A model generated the notes under the pieces. The model searched no databases. It saw nothing but the letters and a program-made list of their open reading frames with translations, and was not told the origin of the DNA. The position numbers were made by a program, and so were the translations under genes. A stretch of 63,546 nt of DNA, counting the filler, from Licmophora abbreviata (taxonomy: Eukaryota): assembly GCA_900291995.1 (NCBI GenBank). It is 11 parts of 11 records of this genome, joined end to end, with 100 filler letters (N's around TTAATTAATTAA, not from the genome) between each part and the next. Parts side by side here need not be neighbours in the genome. Positions count along the whole stretch, not along the records: positions 29,918 to 36,602 come from OLMU01002711.1; positions 36,703 to 44,183 come from OLMU01002712.1; positions 44,284 to 50,620 come from OLMU01002713.1; 8 more parts are not named here. One strand, given 5' to 3'. Of the stretch, positions 35,350-45,795 are shown piece by piece (within the stretch, counting starts at the first letter, position 1; every line of letters begins with the position of its first letter).

Positions 35350-38300
35350 TCATGAGGAAGCAACCTCGCTTGTGCTATTCTTGCGCTTTCGAGGATTCGA
35401 CTCATCTTCTGAATCGCTCATTTTCATGTCGGCGTGGATTTCACTTCGCATCAATTTGCGAAACTCGGCATACTGAAGAATCAATCCGTCCTTTTCAAAG
35501 TTGTTGCGGGATGACGACGTTTTCTTGGTTACTTGAAGCCCATGGAAATTTGAATCAAACATGGGCATGGTCGTAAGAGTTGATATTGCCTTGTCGTAGG
35601 AGCGTTCGCGGGCATCAGGAGAGTACTCGACACAGCGAGTCTCGCTTAGGTTGTACCCGTCGCGCAAAAACTGTTTCAGCCGCAAGAGAAGCGTCACGGC
35701 GGAAGCATCGCTGCATAGGCGGGAGAACCGAGTAATGTCGAAACCGGAGCTGTTGACTACCTGAATGCCCTTCTTGCGACTTGGTGATTTTGCTCGTGCA
35801 GCCAGTTCGAGAGCATCTTCCTCTACGATGTGATCGTCGTGCTCGCTCGTTGTTGATAAACCGTAGGGTCGAAGGAACTCGGCAAGTCTGTCGGCTAGCT
35901 GTGCACCTTGGAGTGCCGCCACGGAGGAGATGCGATAAATGAGAAACAGTGGGTCTTCGGCCGTGTTGTAAGGAAGATGCGCGAGAACCTCTGCAGCAAA
36001 AGACAGAAACGATAGGTCAAGCGGAGCCCGTTCTTTTCCAGCAGACGAAGAGTGATGAGTGTGGTCCTCAATCTCAAAGAGGCTCAGTAAATTGAGATAT
36101 AGGCCATGTCGCTGCTTCTTGCTATTCCGAATACACTCGACGAATACACCAGCAAATATACTCTCTACTGCAGCACTCTTTTTGTTCACGCGTCGCACCA
36201 CGGCAGTCGGGTTGACCTTGTTGGAATGAATAGATCGCTGGAATACGTAAGCTTGTTTCATGCCCGCGCATACACGCTGACGGATCATGTCGGGGCGTTT
36301 TTCGCCTTCTGCAACAAGAAGCTTCAGCGAGAGAGATCGAATTTGAGGCTGCTGTATGTCTCCTTGGAGAGCAAAGAGATGTGGAACGGTCTCGATAGGA
36401 TTCAACAGACCCTGTCGAAGCAGCTGCCCAAGAAGGTCAGTTGTGGCTAAACGGACTCGGTCGTCCATGGACGTCATCAGCTCGAAGAGTCGATCTGCGT
36501 GCTGAGTGAGTACACCACCAATGAGGGTTGCATCCCCGTCTTGGTCTCCGGATATCTGATGGTTGAGAGAAACGGTCTCGTCCTTCTCCATCTTGGTTTT
36601 CGNNNNNNNNNNNNNNNNNNNNNNNNNNNNNNNNNNNNNNNNNNNNTTAATTAATTAANNNNNNNNNNNNNNNNNNNNNNNNNNNNNNNNNNNNNNNNNN
36701 NNTGCGGACATGGTTAGTCAATGCCAGACCAGATGATATTCGAGTTCACGGAGAGTCTTACCAGCAGAATGTCCTTCCAACATCGCAGCGATTCCAGTTG
36801 AAGCCCGACCGGCGAGTGCTGCGACATGAGGTCCTCGATTGTACCGTCCTGTTCCAGCATGAGCAATACGCGTGGTCTGGCCATGAAAATTTCCGCCAAA
36901 GCACGAAGAGCCGCGCACTTCGTTGTAACATCCGGCATGTGCAGTAACTCGATAAACACACTTAAGCAGGCACGTGACACATTCGACCAAGAAAGGTCCT
37001 CGAGGCTGACGCACAGAACTTCATCCTCGTCGTCTTGTCGTGGCTCGCCAGAGTCGCCGTAGCTGCGGCAGAAGCTCCCCAATACACTCAAGGCACGCTT
37101 GACATTGCTGCGAGACTTCGTCTACGACGTAAAGTTGCGCAACAGAACAAGAAGGTAAGGAGCATGAGAGATTGGCGCAATATATGAACCGACGCCCAGT
37201 CGAACTTACATCGCGTGACGACAACTCGCCGTTCTTCGATAGGTATCCATAAAACGTCTTTACCAGCGACAGGAGCGTCTTTCCCGCCGGTGTGTCTTTT
37301 CCCGTGGCTTGATGATTCACAAGAGCGCACAGTAAACGTAAGGCAGGGGCAATCGCGTTGTTCCCGAATCGATAGGTGATTTTACGGAGATCCTCGCGAA
37401 GCTTGCTGGAGGCCAATCCAGCAACTTGTTGAACTGACATTACTGGAATCATTTCGGTGATTATATCGCAACATTCACCGACGATAACCGACTCCTGGTC
37501 CGGAGAGACGCCATTGTCTGCCTTCAAGTACGGCAACAGAATCCTGCCGTGGCGCAAAACTTCCGCAGGGGACACTTGTGCGAAGACGCCGATAGTTCGA
37601 ATCGTCGCTACAAGTCTCGGGCCAAACGTGTTTGGTTCGCTGGATCTGCTCTCTTCCAAACAAAGCAATTCCTCAATCAGCGCATCGACTAGATCGGACG
37701 AATGCTTGTGAAGCGCGTCCTGTTGCTGCTCTCTTTCGGATGTCTTCAGGTCCTTGTCGGCATCAGTCAGTCCCGACATGAGTTCTCGCATGAGAGAGGT
37801 GACAACGTCCTTCGTCCCGGCGGACATGGTGACTTCCACCATCTGCACGACAGCTAACTGGCACTCAGTCTTCGATGTCATCCCAGCAGACAATGGCGTG
37901 ACGACACTAGCTTCGCCGTTCCGTTTGGAAAAGTCGATCCTACTCTGGGGATATTTCTTGGGAAGTGTATCCGACCCTGACCGGCCACCAACTAGCCACA
38001 TCTCCGTGAAGAGCTCATAGACAAGATCGCGTACCGAGTCATCCTCCTTGGGGTCGGCAGCCTGTCGTAGCATGACGGCGCACGCGGATGCTCTACCTTT
38101 GTAGAACGGGTTGGACTGTAGAATATCACGAAAGATCCGGACAGCTCGCTTCTTGACACTCACGCCCGCGTCAGTGAGACACGGGAGCAGAGACGTGTGA
38201 AAAGCGTTGGCTACTTCCGGAGTCTGAAGAACAAAGGACCCGACCAGAGAAACTGCAGCTTCTCGGACAGACTTGGCGTCGTCTCGGAATCGCTGCGACA

Positions 38301-40996
38301 CGGCCTTCGTCACGCTTGGCTGAAGCATGAGGGTTGGATCCATCTCGACAACCTAATGAGCATTTATAGAAGAAGAAACGCTTCGTTAATGGGAGAAGTG
38401 GGTCCCGAGTTGGCGCCATCAAGTAACAATCGTACCTGTGAAATTGCCTTGACTGCTAGCTTTCGCAACGAAACATGGGACTCGGTTTCCATCAACTGCA
38501 CGAAAAGACCCAGCTGTCGGCCAAAGGAGCGAGCAAGATCAGATGTCGTTGTTAGCAAGGTTAGCGTCGCGCGCAGATTACCGGGTCGGTTCAGGGATGG
38601 AGCAGAGGTGCTATTCGGAAGACTTTCCATGGACGGGTGGTCCCATTGGGAGAGAAAATGGTCACGCAGTAGCTTGGGTGCAAAGGAGGATGCTGACGAG
38701 TCGTCTGACGCTCCCTTCTTATCAGCATGATGGGCATCATCGAGTTCCTTGATCCACTTGGATAATTGCATTTTTCGAGCGCAGTCCACCGACGAAGAGT
38801 TCGTCGACTTGGATTGATTGAATAGATAGTTCGACACGAGTTGACGGAAGACGTGCGTATCACTGACAAAAGTTTCCGCCTTGCCCTTCGCTTGTCGTGA
38901 TTGCGAAGCGAACAGTCTGGTCTCTTCCTCCACAATGCGTCTAAGCGTACAAACGTTGCACACCCACACCTTGGAAACATTGTCTTTGTTCAAACCGACG
39001 CAGTCGCCGTGAAACCATGAGTGGCACTCGTCACAGTTCACCATGAATGTATCGATCAAAGTCTTGCGCCCACATGGACAACGATTGGCATCAGTAGGTG
39101 GTCCGTCTTGAAGTGGCGCATCGGGCTGGAATCGCGAAATGGTAAAGGGTTCTTCTCGTTCGGTGGCCATGAGCCGAGCCACCGATGCACTTATCTTTCC
39201 CATCGCATCGAAGGCCGTCGCCAAATAGGTCGATTCCACTGTTGACGAGCTGGATGACTTGCCAGTAGAGCATGCCTTGAGAACATCTTTGCTCATCATC
39301 TGAAACAGTAGAAACAACATCATCTCGGCGGCAGGGTGATCGGGCAGTAGTTGTAGGAAGAGCAAGTCGTCAAGCAGGTTCGTCAGGATGGGACGAAACT
39401 CAGAAGCTCCGCCTTCTTCGCCCTTTTTCGAACATCGCTCTAGAAGCTGTGAGACAAACGAAGTACACACCCACTGACATGACGCTAATCCCGGTCGTAG
39501 TCGAGACGACTGTTGGGTTGCGACTGTCGTGTCGTTTGCATGGTCCATGCTTGTCGAACCCAGATCAACAGTCGGCATTTCGACACAGCACTGTACGAGC
39601 GACACAATCAAGGCCGTCATAGCTTGAATACAATGATTTCCTTCTACACCTGATGAGCCTGAAAAGAGCGTACGCTTGACCGAAACAGCATCCGTGTCGT
39701 TCCGAAGTGAGTACGTCCGGAGCGATCGCTTCGACGAAGGCAGCTTTCGCATGATGGGAAACAAGTCTTCCACGATAATCGCTCGATGTTGCGGATATTT
39801 GGTAAAGATGCTCGTGATGAGTGTAATGGAAGACACGTGCAACTGGCGACAAATGGACATTTCCTTGTGCGTTGACGCTGGATCGACAGGAAAGACGGCG
39901 AGCGCGGCACCGCACATGGTGAGGACGGGCCGATCGTCGAGCGCAATTTCGTGAACGAGATGGTCCGTTCGCTCCAGGAGCGTCAAGAGTTGAACCGATG
40001 TACTGAGGATGAGTTTGTAGACCTGTTTGAGATCGCTGACAAGACGTTGCTCCTTGCTGTCACCCTTGCTGGCGGATGGACTCTTGCGAGGCTTCTTGGT
40101 AGGAGACGGGGCCGATGGCTTGGAAGGACCTTCCTTACGTGTAATGGAGAGATGACCGGTATTTCCAATGGCAGGAATCAAATTCTTGGAAAGATGTTGT
40201 CGTAGCAGGGCGATACAGGCGTCGATAGAATCTTCACTAACGACGCGTCGATCGATTCCAGGACTCGTCATGATGGCCATGAGTACGCAAGCAGCGTCGA
40301 GGCCGTTTCGGACGACTTGAAGTCTTTGAATCCCGTGCCCCACAGACGATGCCGATCCAGATCCAATCGGTGTTCCCTTGAGCCACTGTGGTGACAGCGA
40401 GACAGAACGATGTTCAGCAAGAAAAGGTACAGGGCGGTGTCAGCGTTGTGTCTGTATGTCACACAGACACGATGTCTCCAGTCTCAACATACCTCATCCA
40501 TAGGCGTTCTCACCGACTGGTCGCCAGTCAGCTGCTTCTCCCCACTCACAGACTGTACCATGGCTTCGTATGCTTCTTGAATGAGATTGACACTAGCAGC
40601 AGAAACGACATGCTTGTCGAGCAAGGCCACGAGCGCCGTCAGGAGGCTTCCATCGACAGCTCCCAAGCCCACGGCTTCCAATGACGACTGTTTCCCCGGA
40701 ATCGCACTCGATCGAGTCTCCGACACTAGTGAACTGGATTCCACACACAGCATGGTAAGTCTGGAGAGCTCTGGACAAGTCAAAGGGCCACCCCACGCGA
40801 CACCCTTGACAGCATTGGTCTTGTTGTGATTGTCATGCTTCTGTGCAGCGGTCGAGTCAAAAATGGCAGCTCGTTCTGATTCTTCCCGGTTCTCCACGGC
40901 TCCGACGATTCGCTCTATCGTCACTTGAAAGGGACTTATCGCCGGTGCCTCAGAAGAGGACTTTGATCGCGGTTCCGCCGCCGTCGTTTCCGCCAT
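35350..40996 (-). CDS. SCC2: Cohesin loader SCC2/Nipped-B-like (HEAT repeats) with an inserted PHD finger; introns 40386-40492, 38353-38435, 37122-37209 and one starting at 36761 that runs into a gap
   Basis: LRKLAVKAISQ|VVEMDP...RFRDDAKSVREAAVSLVG...DAGVSVKKRAVRI, QGLLNPIETVPHLFAL, LAHLPY...DPLFLIY and LLLRLKQFL...YNLS are typical Scc2/NIPBL HEAT and C-terminal motifs. Confidence 0.9.
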
Positions 40997-41305
40997 GGTC
41001 GCGAACTTGCTTCCGAGGCAACGCGATGTGTGTTTGTGTGCGCTGAGTACGTGTACGCAAGCCCACGTAAAACATCCGTACGTGCATGTAGTACAGTCTC
41101 ACTGTAGAAGAATGGGCGCGACGGTCTGTCATGCTGTAGAGTGAGTCTACGGTGTACGTGTGTCTGTCCTGGGCTTTACCTTGTAGTTTGCGATCTTGGC
41201 TTGGATCTTTTTTCTCAAAATCACACAAAAACATAACACGATGCGTCTGCGACCATGGGGCGGCGCAGAAGAACACGAAAATGAGTGTGTGCCACCGACA
41301 AACAC

Positions 41306-42382
41306 ATGAGCCATAGCAGTGAACGCAACATGTCTAGATCTAGACCAGGCCTCAGCAACGGAGACGGACCACTTTTTCTGTCCAAATTCACCACCCACCT
41401 CGCGTCACGACTGGTCGGTGAAAAGAAACTACTGAAATGCATGATGGGTGGCGTCTCCGACTTTGAGTGCTACTGGAGAACGCCGCTGCTGCAGCATTGT
41501 GACGAGGGTGATATAGGCATAAGTGATGGAGGAAAGCAAGCAGCTCGCGTTCTATTTGTCGATGTAGCGATCAAAGGCTTGGCGAGGGAAGAATCCAAAA
41601 ATCCGTCGGTAGACATGATGTTCGGCGCTCTTCTCGAAACGAACGAGTCAGGAGATTTTGATGGAGCTTCCGCTCACTCCTACTGGAAAAGTAAGGAACC
41701 CATGTCTCAAGAAGCGCTAGAACGTCATTTCGAACAGAGCGGCTTCGATCTCTTGAGTTCTCCGCCGGACGTCACGGCAAGGAGCTTTGCGGACGCCTTG
41801 AGGGGGCTTGGAAACAACACTACTGCTGCGATGGAAGATACACCAGCACCACCAACAGTACGTCAAATACGCCTTTCCTTAAGATACAAAGATTTCGGGC
41901 AGTCGTCACCGCTGGTCATTGAGGATTGTACGAAATCTCCACTAAATCGTGTTGCATTGGAAATGATCCTGGCAAATCTTCAAGAGCACGATGAGCTGAC
42001 GGCGCAGCAGGGCGGTACCGCTTGTTCCACGCCTGATCGACCCATCAGTGAGGAAGAAGAGCAAAGTTCTCATGGCGTAACGATGGCCTTGCAAACGTGG
42101 TGGGAGAACGTAGCGCAAGCTTCCCGGACACGACAAGCAGATGAACAGGAGACAGCTATTGAATTTACAGCCTCGGACCGTGCGTCTGGAAGGATAGAAT
42201 CGACCAAGCATTCGACATGTACGAAATCTGGTGCATTGTCTTCGCGGCGACCAATTCGTCCTAATCTGGTCAAGCGGCCCCGCCCGATGGCTAAGAATGT
42301 TCCTGTAAGGCCGAACTCCAAGAAGAACAAGAAGTCCAAGATGACCATGTACGCAAGTGATAGCTCCGACAGTAGATCTTAG
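41306..42382 (+). CDS. Hypothetical protein with a basic C-terminal tail; start uncertain (41306-41444)
   Basis: Long intronless ORF, head-to-head with SCC2, with a globular N-terminal half and a tail VKRPRP...SKKNKKSKM. Confidence 0.6.
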   Translation: MSHSSERNMSRSRPGLSNGDGPLFLSKFTTHLASRLVGEKKLLKCMMGGVSDFECYWRTPLLQHCDEGDIGISDGGKQAARVLFVDVAIKGLAREESKNPSVDMMFGALLETNESGDFDGASAHSYWKSKEPMSQEALERHFEQSGFDLLSSPPDVTARSFADALRGLGNNTTAAMEDTPAPPTVRQIRLSLRYKDFGQSSPLVIEDCTKSPLNRVALEMILANLQEHDELTAQQGGTACSTPDRPISEEEEQSSHGVTMALQTWWENVAQASRTRQADEQETAIEFTASDRASGRIESTKHSTCTKSGALSSRRPIRPNLVKRPRPMAKNVPVRPNSKKNKKSKMTMYASDSSDSRS

Positions 42383-42716
42383 AATAAGCAAACACCTAGG
42401 GAAAGCAATCGGAAGCTCGCTTGCTGAGTGCGCTTGCATAGCGGCTTTCTCACTGTTTGCCATAGTCGCGTCTCTCTTATGTATACAAAAGCCCTCCTTA
42501 GCCCCTCTCACGACGTATGATACCAGGCTAGAGGATGAAGTTTTTACTATCGTAGTCGTACACCGTGGCTATGGTGTTCGTACCCGACGTCACACACACA
42601 CACTGTACATCCCTTCATGTATATAAGTTTTAACGCGCGCCAGAGCATGATATCCCCAAAACTCTTGTCGCGCTCTCTACCCATTTTCAATACAAGCTGG
42701 TAGCAAAAGGTTCACC

Positions 42717-45021
42717 ATGGCACCACGACGAACAGCTTCTTCGCAGGAAGAGCAGCGCCGAGCGGAGAGAAAGGGACCCCCCATCCCTCCTACAGCATGG
42801 CCAGAGAGTCTTCCAACGAAGAATGATGACGTTTTCATCAGCGTGTCCTGCGGAAATTCGAATTTGCACTGGGCCACGCACCACGGTGCTGAGCGGAAAT
42901 ACGTTCCGCAGCTCTTCTGGAGGTAAGAGAAACATCACGCGTGCTGGGGTCTTTCGTTACGTTCGCCTACGTAGAGTCTTAGTCGTCAATTGACGTCCAT
43001 TGAATTGCAAATTCAGGGAATCGAATCTCTACGAACCGACGGTTGCTCACGTCTCACTACTTTTGCTCACATCCGCTCTCTTGCTCCCCCGATCTACCCC
43101 CATATCACAGAACGAAGCACTTTGACCCAGACGAAATGAGCGGTCCGCCATCGCAAGCCCTGGCAAGTCACATCCCGGGGCCAGTTCACAAGCTTGTCTT
43201 TGGGAGCAACAAAGCAGATCCCAGCAAGGAGAATGCATTGGAGCAAAGCCTCAACCGACGAGTTCCGTGTCTCACCATTTACATTGTCGCCTCCAATCAA
43301 GCTCAGGCTGACCATGTCAGCTACATGTGGAGCGAAATCCCGTGCCGTCTATACATGCTGCAGGGCGATGACTTCTTTAGCAAAGACCAAGGACGATATG
43401 AAGGGATGGGAGTCGATCGTTTGTGCAATCTTCGCGGTGCCGCTGAACTCTACGGGTACCCCATCTTGGTCATTGATGGCGGCACGGCCTTGACCTTTAC
43501 AGGTCTCAACAGCGAAGCCAAGATCATGGGTGGCACAATTGGTCCCGGTGTGCTTGCATCTGTGAACACGCTGGCAGAATTTACGGAAGCCCTTCCCATG
43601 ATTGAGCCTGACGAACTCAAGGACTTTCTTCGAACGGCCAAGGAGTCGAAAAAGCCGCTCGAGTCTTTTCAGGGGACGCGCGATACTCGACGAGCCATCA
43701 TGACACAAGTCCTTCTCTCGATTGCTACTACTCTACACCTCACAATATGCCAGTTTGCGGCCGAGATCCATCTCGATGAGGCAGAGGACGATGGACAAGC
43801 GAGCGAAAGGAAACCGATTGATATTGTCCTTTGCGGTGGGGATGCGGAACTGTTTCAAATGCTATTGACACCCGCTGACGGTATTGTCGACACTCATATT
43901 GATCTACCGGAAATAGATGTGCGGTTGATGCCCAAGTTGACTCACTATGGAATCGGGGAGATGCTGAGGGACCATGGCCGTACTGTCGAGGAAGACTCTA
44001 AGTGGGAGACTGACGTGCAGCTTGTTGGACAGCGTATTGCAAAGGATTTTGACGAGTTTGATCAGCACGGGGACTCAATCTTTCGTGGAACTGTGATCGC
44101 GATTCTTCGCGACAATAAGACGGGCGAATCGCTCTATCAAATTCTTTATGATGACAACGACAAGGAAGACCTGACGGACGTGGNNNNNNNNNNNNNNNNN
44201 NNNNNNNNNNNNNNNNNNNNNNNNNNNTTAATTAATTAANNNNNNNNNNNNNNNNNNNNNNNNNNNNNNNNNNNNNNNNNNNNGAACTTTATGGTAGGCA
44301 TCAGACGGAGTGACGCGTGCTTCTGCCATGTGAACGCTACCGATATCGTACCAATAGAGACCGGCCGTGCACTCACCCCCATCTGCTTCTTCTTCTTCTT
44401 CTCACAGAGGCCTTGTTGCTCTACACGGACAAGGGCGAACGGAGCCCGACTGCCGGAGATATCTTGGCGAGTAATCGCGACGCGCCTCGAGCGAGCAAGG
44501 CCGCTGGCGCTCGGGCTGCTGCAAAGCTGATGGCGGATACTAACAAGTCGGTCAAAGCGGCACTTGAAGCGAAGGCGCCTCGACTACCCGCGCCACCTCC
44601 TCCTCCTCCGCTGGAACCGGTCAACCCTCCTGTCACGGCGGCTCCAGCTCTGGCGGTCGAGCCTCCGGCCACAGAGGCACCAGCTGCTACAACAGTCAAG
44701 ACCTCCACAAAGCGTCCCTCGCCTCCACCGGCGAAAGCTCCAGCAAAGAAGAAGGCCAAGTCGGGAGGGGATTATGTCGGTGACCGTGTTGCGAAGATGT
44801 TTTTGCCGGAATTCCAGACCGAGAATGAAACGAAGATGGTTGTCTATTTCGGCGAAATTGATCATTATTACGAAGACTCTGGGCTCTGGCACGTTGCTTA
44901 TGATGATGGCGATGATGAGGACTGGAACAAAAAGGACTTGTTGGCGGCGGTCAAGTTGTACGAAAAGAAGAAGGGCGACGACACGAATAGAAGCAATGGC
45001 CATTCTGGGGAAGAAAGCTGA
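42717..45021 (+). CDS. Type III pantothenate kinase (CoaX)-like domain fused to two Tudor-like domains; introns 42923-43110 and 44294-44407; gap 44184-44283
   Basis: CoaX motifs: SCGNSNLHWA, MGVDR, ILVIDGGTALT, GGTIGPG, IVLCGGDA, LTHYGI. Tudor-like repeats: VGQRIAKDF...FRGTV...LYQILYDDNDKEDL and VGDRVAKMF...YFGEI...LWHVAYDDGDDEDW. Confidence 0.8.
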
Positions 45022-45795
45022 GCTTTGTTATTTGGAGTTGTCAGTGTGAAATAATTGGTATGATTGTAAGCGGAGAAGCTTGAATGCGTACGGTCTGTAG
45101 CGTACCTTAGTAGTATTGACTATTGCTACAGTGGCGCTTCGTACCGGGTCAGTCGTCAGGGCAGACAGCACCGGCAACGCCAGGGCAACACTGGAGGTAT
45201 CCGATAGCAAAGTGTAGGCTTGAAGCAGAATGATGCTGCCATTTACTTGCATACCAGGCTAGCTGTCCATGGGGATTTCGAGATGGACCGAAAGTCGCAT
45301 CAAGCCTTCATTCGATTTAGGAGAAGTTGCGGTTCATTCTGTGTGTACGTTTGCCCGTGCATATGTTAGTCGAATCATTCAATTTGCCATTGGACCATGC
45401 GGAGAACGTATCTTTCGTACTGGTATTGTCTGTGTAGTTAACTGATGGCCACTCTCGAAATTGAAACATCTTCGATGTATGATGTTTTGTGATGAGAGGG
45501 ACGCATCACCACGCTAACAAAATACCGCGATGATGTTCGCTATCATCGGCGATTGATACCACCAGGCTGTAAAGCTGAACCTGATACTAGGTAAGATCGG
45601 CTCGCCCCATTGTAAATTGGCTTGAGGCAGTGACGACACAGAGAATCGATTCGGCGGAGAGATTGCTGAACCGGTCGAGATCTTAATCACATTCCGAATT
45701 CTGGCGGGGAGTGTAGCTACGGTACCTGGCACCGGTACCGGAACGGTCGAACTAGTCCTTGCTTCCCTTGCTGCGTCGCTTCAAAGGTAGCGAAG

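Noticed and set aside
30251..42382. Apparent genome-maintenance cluster (SLX1, RIO1, SCC2)
   Set aside because: The genes act in different processes and are interspersed with a metabolic gene, which is compatible with random gene order in a compact genome.
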